Assembly: GCA_965230795.1 (NCBI GenBank)
Contig: OZ246020.1
Location: 1,554,585-1,618,584 of the forward strand
Source of the DNA: Oleiphilaceae bacterium
Lineage (GTDB): Bacteria; Pseudomonadota; Gammaproteobacteria; Pseudomonadales; Oleiphilaceae
Length of the DNA stretch: 64,000 nucleotides
Direction: 5' to 3'
Numbering within the stretch: the first letter of the stretch is position 1; each line of letters begins with the position of its first letter. The notes beneath the pieces are model-generated. The model did not search any database. It was not told the origin of the DNA and was given only the letters and a program-made list of their open reading frames with translations. Shown here piece after piece: positions 56,166-64,000 of the stretch. The translations under genes were made by a program, and so were the position numbers.

Positions 56166-57352
56166 TTAGGAGCTGCTTGGCTTCTGATATGAACACTTTT
56201 ACATTCCACAAAAGCTTTACACCTTTCCAGTAAGTTGTAGTCAAATAACTCAGGTTTTCCTGAACTTCCCTTTAAGAGGGTGATTAGCTCCCGGAAGTCT
56301 AACAAATTGAAAAAGGCACCGGTTGATTGAATGGCATCAATGAGCAGGTTCTCTACTTCACTCCAGTCACCTGAGTGATGCAACTCTGTTACCAATACAA
56401 TGCAGTGGGGAGCGTTTTCCCTCTCGATATTAAGCTCGTTTCCTTCCGCATCAAAGATTGCATCCCCTCTGGCAATAGCTTTGTAAGCTCCGACCAGCTG
56501 ACCAATGGCTTTCTTAGCCTGTTTTTGAACACCAAGCACTCTCCTTTCTAGGCTTCTATCTAAACCCATCCTTAGTATAGATAAGTCCTTAGCTTCAATC
56601 AGAAAGCTGCCATATTGGTAAAAAGCAAGCACATCTGTAAGCTCTCGTGTCTTTTCCCCTATTTTTACCTGTGGGCTCTTGTATAAGGTTAATGGAAAAA
56701 CAGATTCAAGTGATGCCCATATAGCCCTTTCAAAGATTTCACCTTCTTCTGGCTCATTTAGAACTACAGAATGACTTTCTCGAAAGCCAATGAAAGTATT
56801 ATTGTTAATTCTCCAAGGCTCGATGCTTAAAGATATTGTTGAGAATGGAATTTCTACAGCATTAGGGCACGTTCTTGTTTTGTCAGTAGAATAATCAAAA
56901 CAGTCTAATGACAAGGAGCATGCGTTATCAAAACTGCCCACGTACAATGCTTCTATATCACCGAGTAATTTTTTTGCTCTATCTGAATCACTATCTGTGA
57001 CTGAGACGTTACTCCAGGCAACACATACATCCATTTCATTAAAAAGAAAAACTGGCGAGGATCTCGCTTCCAGAAACTGCTCTATAGCTTGATGCTCCTC
57101 TTCATGTCGCACTGCACCAGATATGAATAATGCAGCATCAGGAATATCAAAAATTCGAATTCCTGAACACAGGTAGGAGTCTTTCAAACCAAATATAATT
57201 TCTGCACTACATCCTTCCAAGAGGGCCTTTATTGATGGTGTTGGTGCTTTTATTAATATTGCTATCTCTCTCCCATCATTTGCAGGAACAACCCATAGAG
57301 AGGCCGCCTCTGAACGCATTTCTTTATGAACTCTTTCACTTGGCATATGCAT
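56135..57352 (-). CDS. hypothetical protein (405 aa)
   Basis: Long ORF with lower-GC codon usage consistent with island cargo; no recognisable catalytic motif. Confidence 0.4.
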   Translation of the reverse strand: MHMPSERVHKEMRSEAASLWVVPANDGREIAILIKAPTPSIKALLEGCSAEIIFGLKDSYLCSGIRIFDIPDAALFISGAVRHEEEHQAIEQFLEARSSPVFLFNEMDVCVAWSNVSVTDSDSDRAKKLLGDIEALYVGSFDNACSLSLDCFDYSTDKTRTCPNAVEIPFSTISLSIEPWRINNNTFIGFRESHSVVLNEPEEGEIFERAIWASLESVFPLTLYKSPQVKIGEKTRELTDVLAFYQYGSFLIEAKDLSILRMGLDRSLERRVLGVQKQAKKAIGQLVGAYKAIARGDAIFDAEGNELNIERENAPHCIVLVTELHHSGDWSEVENLLIDAIQSTGAFFNLLDFRELITLLKGSSGKPELFDYNLLERCKAFVECKSVHIRSQAAPKKCLADRRVR

Positions 57353-57431
57353 GCAACTGATGGGCTCCTAACGCCCGCATTTGCGGCTAGCTTGAAGCGC
57401 AGCGTAAAGCCAGTCAGACAACATGCGTTTG

Positions 57432-58241
57432 TTAGGCATTTTCTATCTTATTTCTCGGAATAAATCTTAATTCGATATCAGCAGGACACCGATCAGTTTT
57501 CTTCTTCATCATGTGCTTAACTTTTGAAAGTTCTGCCTCATCAAAATAGTAAACCACTGCGAGAATTAGCTTGAATTTTGACTCAAAGAATCTATCGGCA
57601 ATGACTGCCTGATACAAAATCCTATCTAGAATCATCATTAAGGAATGCGGGGTTCTGAGAGCCTTAACCTCCAAGAAGGTAAATTTACCGGAAGGTGCTT
57701 GTAAAAATGCGTCAAAGTTTGCTTCAGTTTCGCCAATACCAACATTATTTTCTGCTTCAACTTTTAGTTCCGCTGCAATTTTATTTATAACTGCACTTTC
57801 TATATTCTTGAGCTCTTCTCGGAATTCACGATGTGATTGCTGGCGTGTCTCTCTTTCAGAGTCATCTGGGCTACGACTTTCTTGTTGAGGTCTAGAATTG
57901 TTTTCTGTAGTAGTTTCACCAAGGGATTCGGAAACTTCTTTTTCAAGCTTTTCCTCTTGCTCTTCAGGCGAGAGGGTTCTTAAAAAAGATTTGTCATCTT
58001 TGAAGTCGCCTGGTGCGTAGAGTTTTCCATGATGATTAGTCACTAATTTATAAAAAGTAATCAGCACTAAAATCGGGAAAACCACAATAAAAATAATTAT
58101 TGGCCATCTCTCAGCCACAGTAAGCTTATCTGCTGCTGAATCCAATAACAGGCTAGCAAAGCCATAAATCAGAGATATGAATAATGCAATGATTCCCAGC
58201 GGGTTTCTTGCAAAATCCTTAGCTCCTTTTAGAAAATCCAT
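57432..58241 (-). CDS. hypothetical membrane protein (two N-terminal TM helices, acidic/charged C-terminal domain)
   Basis: LGIIALFISLIYGFASLLL and WPIIIFIVVFPILVLITFY TM segments, then a charged helical region. Confidence 0.4.
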   Translation of the reverse strand: MDFLKGAKDFARNPLGIIALFISLIYGFASLLLDSAADKLTVAERWPIIIFIVVFPILVLITFYKLVTNHHGKLYAPGDFKDDKSFLRTLSPEEQEEKLEKEVSESLGETTTENNSRPQQESRSPDDSERETRQQSHREFREELKNIESAVINKIAAELKVEAENNVGIGETEANFDAFLQAPSGKFTFLEVKALRTPHSLMMILDRILYQAVIADRFFESKFKLILAVVYYFDEAELSKVKHMMKKKTDRCPADIELRFIPRNKIENA

Positions 58242-58261
58242 ACTTTAATCCTAGTGATGCC

Positions 58262-58303
58262 TAACAGTGTGTTTAACGGACCCTTCGGTCCGCTAAACAC
58301 TTT
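58262..58303. repeat. 42-bp palindromic repeat element, copy 2
   Basis: Identical to 56124-56165; lies just upstream of the minus-strand gene start at 58241. Confidence 0.6.
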
Positions 58304-58561
58304 ATCTACGTTTTTCTCAGTTTAAGTTATTCTCAATATTATCAGGTGTTTATCCAAGCCGGTGAAACATTCATCATTGGAAAAGGCGGACCCTTTTAAA
58401 AAGATGTAGTACAAACAAAGCTACTGACGCAAATGCGATACGAAATACTGCCTGCTTCTCGATTAGGTGCGTTTTGTCACAGTGTTTGGGTGACCTATGC
58501 AAAGGACTTCCATCTATCAGCTTGATAGGGTGGAGAACCACAAATCAAATGGAGATTGATC

Positions 58562-58759
58562 ATGGAACACGGAAAGCTCGCACTCACTCGAAAACCCAAT
58601 CAAACCGTTTCTCTTCAATACAAAGACGAGACCGGCACCCTTCAAGAAATCACTGTTGCTATTAGCGATGTTCGCGGTAACCAGATCCGCATGGATATTG
58701 ATGCTCCGAAATCTGTGACGATTTTGCGCGGAGAGTTGCTAGAGCGTCAGCTGACTTAA
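58562..58759 (+). CDS. CsrA-family RNA-binding protein homolog (island-encoded)
   Basis: MEHGKLALTRKPNQTVSL...ITVAISDVRGNQIRMDIDAPKSVTILRGEL parallels CsrA ([48 protein letters not shown]). GGAGA RBS 6 nt upstream. Confidence 0.6.
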   Translation: MEHGKLALTRKPNQTVSLQYKDETGTLQEITVAISDVRGNQIRMDIDAPKSVTILRGELLERQLT

Positions 58760-58937
58760 CACTTTAGTCAACGCAAGAAAAATTGCCCTAAAATTAAGTG
58801 CTTATCCGTGAAGAGGTATTCACTTTTACGGCACGGATCGTGCCTCTTGTGCTCTCGCAGGGAAAATTGCCGTAGGATGCTGGCCTGACCATCTTTGTTT
58901 TCCTTGTACCAATAATTAAAAACAGGGAGTACAAAAG

Positions 58938-59612
58938 ATGAAAAAAACCTTCATAGCGCTTGCGCTAATTCTTCAAGCCTCGTTTTCTCATGCGATCATA
59001 ATTGATGGGAAGGAATGGCGGCACTTAATGCCCGACCCAACGTTTACGATACCTGGTGCCTACGGCTTTACTTGGAATGACTATGACGAATCGTTCAGCT
59101 CTGTAACCGGTCACTGTGAAGCAAACGATTGTATTGTTCGGGGCATTGATTACACCGGCTGGATATGGGCATCAATAGCGGAAGTAGATGCATTCATAAC
59201 AACTTTCTATCCTGAAGGTGGATACTTCAGCGATACCGTTAGTTATGTTAATGCACCAGATGCTTCATTTCATGCCCTGCAAGCCGAAGATGTTGTCGGA
59301 AATACTTTCGAGTCAACATACGCCGGTGATGGGTTGCCGGACAAAGGACTTTTTATTAGTTCCGGACTTACTCGAGACACGAGCCCTACAGACTCAAACG
59401 TTGGTGGACGAGTGCAGGTGAGCGCATATTTTCATCCTCTAGATGGAACTGCGCATTCACAAAAACAATACGGGTATGTACCGAAAGACATGCCAGTAGA
59501 TTCTATCGGAGCATGGTTTTACAAGCCGGTAGACGTACCTGAACCGGGTATGGTTTCTTTGTTCTTGTTAGGTTTGCTTGCCACTCGATCTATTCGAAAA
59601 AGAATGGTCTAG
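58938..59612 (+). CDS. PEP-CTERM sorting-domain secreted protein
   Basis: Signal peptide (ALALILQASFSHA). The C-terminus VPEPGMVSLFLLGLLATRSIRKR is a PEP motif plus TM plus basic tail, the exosortase recognition signal. Confidence 0.7.
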   Translation: MKKTFIALALILQASFSHAIIIDGKEWRHLMPDPTFTIPGAYGFTWNDYDESFSSVTGHCEANDCIVRGIDYTGWIWASIAEVDAFITTFYPEGGYFSDTVSYVNAPDASFHALQAEDVVGNTFESTYAGDGLPDKGLFISSGLTRDTSPTDSNVGGRVQVSAYFHPLDGTAHSQKQYGYVPKDMPVDSIGAWFYKPVDVPEPGMVSLFLLGLLATRSIRKRMV

Positions 59613-59728
59613 GGAATTGTTAACCCTTTGTATCGAACCATTTCCAGGTCAGGCTAATGGGAAGGGGTTGGTGCAGAGGGAAGAGCGAGTAGAAAGGCGG
59701 GTGATCGGTCGGTTGTCCGCCTTTTGCG

Positions 59729-60187
59729 TTAGAGCGCTTTACGGACAACGGCATAGAGCCATACTAACGGTAATAGAACCAGACATCCGGCGAGAACCAG
59801 CAGAGAAAGCATTGTCAGAGCGATATCGTTGCCTCGTCGATATCGAGCCCTACGTTCCCATTCATAAGCCTTCCTGCAGTGATCTCGGCCATCTAATGGT
59901 CTAAAGGTTTCATTGATGATCTTCTCGAGAACAAGCCAATATGGATTCGCCTTTGTCATCGCGAAATAGCCAACCCGGGCGCTGATTGTTGCCTGGTAAT
60001 GACCTCCCACCAATGCGTTTCCTAAACGGTCCAGATTAAGCAGAATCATAACCAATGACTCAGACGAAAAAACGGCGAGCAGAGCCCGCCACAGGTTGTT
60101 TTTGTACATGCCCATTACCTCACTAAGAGTAGAAATTAACGGTTTCGATATCGCTAGTTGCGCCAGTGAACTCTGGATTAAAGCCAA
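59729..60187 (-). CDS. hypothetical small protein with C-terminal TM (phage tail-region associated)
   Basis: 152 aa with a C-terminal hydrophobic helix (LTMLSLLVLAGCLVLLPLVWLYAVV); directly downstream of the J-like gene. Confidence 0.35.
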   Translation of the reverse strand: MALIQSSLAQLAISKPLISTLSEVMGMYKNNLWRALLAVFSSESLVMILLNLDRLGNALVGGHYQATISARVGYFAMTKANPYWLVLEKIINETFRPLDGRDHCRKAYEWERRARYRRGNDIALTMLSLLVLAGCLVLLPLVWLYAVVRKAL

Positions 60188-63053
60188 TGTCGTTTTGGGT
60201 AAATATGTAAACGGTTAAATCGTCGCCAGACAGGTACAAAGGCGCGCCTATTTGGGAACGCTTGACCGTGCGGTTACCACTGCCTCCAGAACTAGTTCCA
60301 GTGATAAATAGCTTTTCAAAGGGATGGTTGGATGTCGTGTCGCCTTCAAACGCGATAGTTAACGTGCTTGCCTGGTTCGTATAGATTCCTGCGAGAGTGG
60401 CACCTCCAACCGATGTATTGGACAGAGTGCCATTTGCACCGTCTGAGTGTGATGCGGTAGTTGCGCCAACTCTGTCATTCCCACCAGAGGTCCACTCAGC
60501 AAGCGTCACGCTGACAGAATCTGATGTTGCCTGGGAAAGCCTCAGATAGATTCCGCCATTTCCACCAGGTGATAGTTGTGAGCCAAAGAGCGAACCAACG
60601 TCATATACCAATCTCCACCGATCTCCCAGCACATCTTGTTGGCCGCTGCTATTTTGCGTGATGCTCTGCCAAGGGTCTGAGGTATTCCAGCGATACTCGA
60701 CGCCCTCAATAATGTTGGGATCCAGCATGCTGGTAAATGCCAGGTAAAGCTGTGTTGCGCCATCCCCAATCGCATAACACTGAGCCAGGGTGGCACCAAA
60801 GATACTTGTCGCGGATAGAGTCCCTTGAGGCGGTGACTTGTCGTCATTTGTATCATCACCAAGGAAGGTGACATAGTTGTTTGTTGTAAACGCGCCATGG
60901 AATTTCGATGTGAAAATCCCAGATCTGGTGATCGTATCGCTAACAATATCGACAAGCTGCAACGTTCCGCCTGGTGTAGCGGAAACTGTGGCGATCGCCG
61001 CATTTACGCTGTAGTTTCGGCTGTCATCCCTTGCTTTGACGAAAAAAATGGCCTCTGATGCCGGCGTAAATCCAAGGTAGTATTTGCTGTGGCTGACCAA
61101 TCCGGAGTGCAGTTTGACGGCGTCTTCCCAGGTTGCGTCAGTATTGTCCGCATAGCGCACTTCGAACCCAGCCAAATCCAAAGGCTCGTTTTCATAGGTC
61201 CATTCGAGCACGCCATTGTTGAACGTCAGTGAGGAAACGTCGGGTGGTGCAGCAGCTTTTCCTTCGATCAGCACATTGGATTCAGTAATCCAGTCCGAGA
61301 CCCATCCAATGTTATTGACGCCGCGCACTCTGAAATCATAGGTATCCGGTACGATATCTTCGTAGCGATATTCGCTGGAAGGAAAGCCGCCATCCAGAAC
61401 GATCCAGTTTGAATCTGCAGAGAGCTTGTATTGAATCTCGTATTCCTGGAGACGATCAGCCGGTTCTGTAAATGAAATGATGGCCCTGGTCTTGATCGCA
61501 TTACCGTTGTTTGTGCTGTAGAGCTCTTCGGTAATCGACAAGGTAAGAGGCGGGACCGGACTGGGATTGGGCAAGTTAACTGCCGGTGGTGGTGTTACTT
61601 CCTTGGCTTCGCCCAGGGACCAATCGTATATCGCACTGGCGTCTTCCTGGAGCTGAACGGCAATGCCGCCTTCCAGGCTCAGACCAACGTCCAGAACAAT
61701 GTATGTTTTATTTCCCAAGGGGCCGATATCGAGGTTGATTCGCTGTCCTGCCTGCAGTTTCCATGCTCGGAATTTAAAGCTAGCCACCATTGAAAGACCA
61801 TACCGACTGCGCTCAATCTCGATCTTGGCCAGTCGCTGGCATTGATAAGGGGAATCGACGAAATTGAGATCAAGGTTGCGGCTCAGTGTTTCCTTATCGT
61901 CAGTTACATAAGTGGAGACAGAGAACTCCGGGAACTCCGTTCGCTCGAAGCTGGTACCATCGATGTAGACGCCACGAATGGTGTTGATACGACCGTGTTT
62001 TGATGACGAGGGGCTAAATGATATGCCGCCAATGAGATCTGACTCAGTGAACGAATCGACCGGAGTGGTGTATTTAGCCGGGATGATTCGCCACATGCCC
62101 TGGCTACAATTGATCAGTGCGCCTCCGGATTTCCTCAGCTCTTCCAGGTGTTCAAGTGGCGCCCGGTCGATTGATAGCACTCCGGCCACGGTAAATCGTT
62201 TTTCATCGGGACTTGAGGCGACAGTAGGGACGGTTTCGTCATCGTAGTCTGCCGAATCTTCAAAGCTCTGCATGTTGATTTCCGCGTCAGGGATATTCAT
62301 GCCATCGACATGGCGCATGTAATCCAGCACACACAGGCTGTAATTATCGGTATAGCCGGTGCTGTCGTCCCTTGGATCGTAGATATCGTCTTTGCCATCA
62401 AGCTCGACAGTGATTTGAGGAATACCACTGCGATACTCGTCTCGATCATATTTGAGGCGTAAGTAAAGATAGGTGCAGCCGGTGAGGGCATGGTCGACGG
62501 TCCAGCTGGCGGGAGCGTAATCAGTAATCTCGGTCGGTGCAGAGGTACCTCCATTAACCACGCCAACAGCGTAAAGGAGGCTCGGTTTATTCGCAGTGAA
62601 TACCTGGACAGGCTTACCGATAGAAGCACCTGCTACCGATTCACCGTTGAAATAGATGTTGTGTATCTCCCGGCAGGGATGGTTTGCCAGTAAGACAATC
62701 AGGTGGAGAAATTTGTCGTTGCTTCCACTGCTCTCAAGATAAACGACTGTACCGCCTTTCTTCACATGACCATACACAATCTCTCGACTTGCAATCGTGT
62801 TCCTGGCTGTTTGAAGTCGATCCTCAAAGACCGGGCTTGTTTGATCCGGTTTGTACTTCTCTCTCCAATACCCGAGATCATATTTATTGGATTGACCAAG
62901 GGTTATGAGTCCGAGACCGCCTTTAAATGCGTCTTCGACCAGGCCTCCGATGGCATCCAGAGGATTGTGGAAGATACTGTCAACGGTATCGCTAACCCAA
63001 TCTACTGCGTCCTCGACAATGTCCTTCACATCGTCAATTGGATTCCAGCCCAT
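60123..63053 (-). CDS. phage tail host-specificity protein (lambda J-like central tail fibre), 976 aa
   Basis: Region YSLCVLDYMRHVDGMNIPDAEIN parallels lambda J (NMAWCLWDMLTHPRYGMG). FN3-like beta repeats; large size; tail-gene context on the same strand. Confidence 0.6.
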   Translation of the reverse strand: MGWNPIDDVKDIVEDAVDWVSDTVDSIFHNPLDAIGGLVEDAFKGGLGLITLGQSNKYDLGYWREKYKPDQTSPVFEDRLQTARNTIASREIVYGHVKKGGTVVYLESSGSNDKFLHLIVLLANHPCREIHNIYFNGESVAGASIGKPVQVFTANKPSLLYAVGVVNGGTSAPTEITDYAPASWTVDHALTGCTYLYLRLKYDRDEYRSGIPQITVELDGKDDIYDPRDDSTGYTDNYSLCVLDYMRHVDGMNIPDAEINMQSFEDSADYDDETVPTVASSPDEKRFTVAGVLSIDRAPLEHLEELRKSGGALINCSQGMWRIIPAKYTTPVDSFTESDLIGGISFSPSSSKHGRINTIRGVYIDGTSFERTEFPEFSVSTYVTDDKETLSRNLDLNFVDSPYQCQRLAKIEIERSRYGLSMVASFKFRAWKLQAGQRINLDIGPLGNKTYIVLDVGLSLEGGIAVQLQEDASAIYDWSLGEAKEVTPPPAVNLPNPSPVPPLTLSITEELYSTNNGNAIKTRAIISFTEPADRLQEYEIQYKLSADSNWIVLDGGFPSSEYRYEDIVPDTYDFRVRGVNNIGWVSDWITESNVLIEGKAAAPPDVSSLTFNNGVLEWTYENEPLDLAGFEVRYADNTDATWEDAVKLHSGLVSHSKYYLGFTPASEAIFFVKARDDSRNYSVNAAIATVSATPGGTLQLVDIVSDTITRSGIFTSKFHGAFTTNNYVTFLGDDTNDDKSPPQGTLSATSIFGATLAQCYAIGDGATQLYLAFTSMLDPNIIEGVEYRWNTSDPWQSITQNSSGQQDVLGDRWRLVYDVGSLFGSQLSPGGNGGIYLRLSQATSDSVSVTLAEWTSGGNDRVGATTASHSDGANGTLSNTSVGGATLAGIYTNQASTLTIAFEGDTTSNHPFEKLFITGTSSGGSGNRTVKRSQIGAPLYLSGDDLTVYIFTQNDIGFNPEFTGATSDIETVNFYS

Positions 63054-63631
63054 TACTTGTTTACCTCAAACCATTTAGCTGCCGGCCAAATCACTTCCTT
63101 GTTGGCAATCGATTCCACAAAGTCGAATCCTTTGTCGGATGGGTAACTCACTTGCTGGTCCTGCTTCGTGTAGCGTCTTACCTTTGGCCGGTTCCAAAGC
63201 ACTAGGCGATCATTCAATGTCAGGCTGATTGAAGACGTTCTTCCGTAGGTGATATCGAGTGACGCAATGAGTCCATCAAAGTGGAGAATAGGATCGCCTA
63301 TGATGTTGTCACTCTCATCCAGAATGGCGATGTAAACCAATCCTCGCCGGTTCAGATAGTTCTCGCCTAGAATGGCTGCTACAAGCGTCTGATTGACCCC
63401 GGACAGGGAAATAGAAATTGATGCAGGGTCGAGCTGTGTTGATTCCTGAACCGCTCCAACACGTCCCAGATTTCCAAGACCTACGAAGGTTTTTGAATCA
63501 ACCACATAGTTTTTGAGAGCACCATTGAATGCGATCGTACCGCTATCCATTTGGATCTCGACCATATACATAAATCGGACGGTAGGATCAGATAGCGCTG
63601 CGAGCGTATCGGCATGAATCGTTCTAGACAT
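63053..63631 (-). CDS. putative phage tail/baseplate-associated protein
   Basis: 192-aa ORF whose stop overlaps the J-like gene start (ATGA-type coupling). Confidence 0.4.
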   Translation of the reverse strand: MSRTIHADTLAALSDPTVRFMYMVEIQMDSGTIAFNGALKNYVVDSKTFVGLGNLGRVGAVQESTQLDPASISISLSGVNQTLVAAILGENYLNRRGLVYIAILDESDNIIGDPILHFDGLIASLDITYGRTSSISLTLNDRLVLWNRPKVRRYTKQDQQVSYPSDKGFDFVESIANKEVIWPAAKWFEVNK

Positions 63632-64000
63632 TCAGGGCCTCAATACAATCGAAGGTCACGCTATAAACGTTTGCTTGGGACAGCTGAAATTGCGCTTGGG
63701 AGTCGTTCACGAGGCGCATCACACAGGCAGGACGATTAACCGTTAAAGGGTCAGAATTCGGCGGAGAGTCATTGAGATTTGGTGAAAAGATGAGCGTGCA
63801 GTTTCCTGAGCCATCTGTCACAGCATCCTCAGATAGCATTTTGAGCTCATCATTCACACCGAACCAGTCGCCAGCCTGAAGAACGGTTGAATTGATTCCC
63901 CAGCCATCGGTGACCAGAGTTCCACCGGTTTGACTGGCACCATTTACAGATCCGACCGGCGTGAGTGAGGATGCGGAGTCAGTCGGTGACAAATAGAAAC
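63624..64000 (-). CDS. phage tail-region protein, C-terminal part (gene start beyond window end)
   Basis: ORF open to the window edge on the minus strand, overlapping the downstream gene start by 8 nt. Confidence 0.3.
   Translation of the reverse strand, partial: FYLSPTDSASSLTPVGSVNGASQTGGTLVTDGWGINSTVLQAGDWFGVNDELKMLSEDAVTDGSGNCTLIFSPNLNDSPPNSDPLTVNRPACVMRLVNDSQAQFQLSQANVYSVTFDCIEALNV

Noticed and set aside
1-64000. CRISPR arrays, rRNA genes, complete tRNA genes
   Set aside because: No regularly spaced short direct repeats, no rRNA-like conserved blocks and no full cloverleaf were found by eye. Only tRNA 3' fragments are present.

Overview
The window contains two very different parts. Positions 1 to about 28,500 are GC-rich core chromosome, most likely from a Pseudomonas- or Marinobacter-like gammaproteobacterium. 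The remainder, about 28,500 to 64,000, is lower-GC accessory DNA organised as tandem islands.

Core part, in order:
- a hypothetical membrane protein, then a BaeSR/CusRS-like two-component system (OmpR-family regulator plus a sensor kinase with a Pro/Arg-rich periplasmic domain);
- a di-haem cytochrome c peroxidase/MauG-family lipoprotein;
- a bufferin/HvfA-type RiPP operon: a signal-peptide precursor with five tandem EG[AS]CGEGKCG repeats, then a DUF692 gene (MNIO, multinuclear non-heme iron-dependent oxidative enzyme), a DUF2063 partner and a DoxX protein. A sigma54-type promoter sits upstream, and a GAF sensor kinase plus an NtrC-family sigma54 activator sit immediately downstream;
- an Anbu-like proteasome-type protease, a family-3 solute-binding protein and an SbtA/DUF897-like permease;
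- two-subunit pyruvate carboxylase (pycB, pycA) with a divergent LysR regulator;
- PPK2, an AraC regulator, a transglutaminase-like protein and MarC;
- a molybdopterin oxidoreductase with a divergent TetR regulator;
- a secreted lipase with its foldase, a TauE/SafE exporter and a Tag-like glycosylase.

Accessory part:
- Island 1 (about 28.6 to 43.9 kb) is bounded by imperfect 38-bp direct repeats that duplicate the 3' end of an hxlR gene. It carries what looks like an undescribed membrane-remodelling or stress system. The gene order is a DUF protein, a PspA/IM30 protein, an NfeD-like protein, a 649-aa flotillin and an 1800-aa protein with an AAA+ (AAA_5-type) ATPase. These are followed by a rhomboid protease, an MtfA-like M90 peptidase fused to a SEC-C motif, a double zinc-ribbon protein, a small membrane protein, a single-HKD PLD nuclease, a lipoprotein and an MscS channel.
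- After island 1 come hxlR-mdaB, a frameshifted ahpD-like gene and a lipoprotein.
- Three copies of a tRNA-Met(CAU) 3'-end att repeat (46.9, 47.2 and 54.3 kb) then mark tandem integrations. The repeats bound a 7-kb integrase island carrying a second PspA, a YiaAB-like protein, an HTH regulator, a START-like protein, an IS3-family IS with an A AAA AAG frameshift, an AlpA-like gene and a tyrosine integrase.
- The last region holds unknown cargo genes with a repeated palindromic element, an IS end remnant, a CsrA-like gene, a PEP-CTERM protein and prophage tail genes (lambda J-like host-specificity protein) running off the window end.

No complete tRNA, rRNA or CRISPR array was found.
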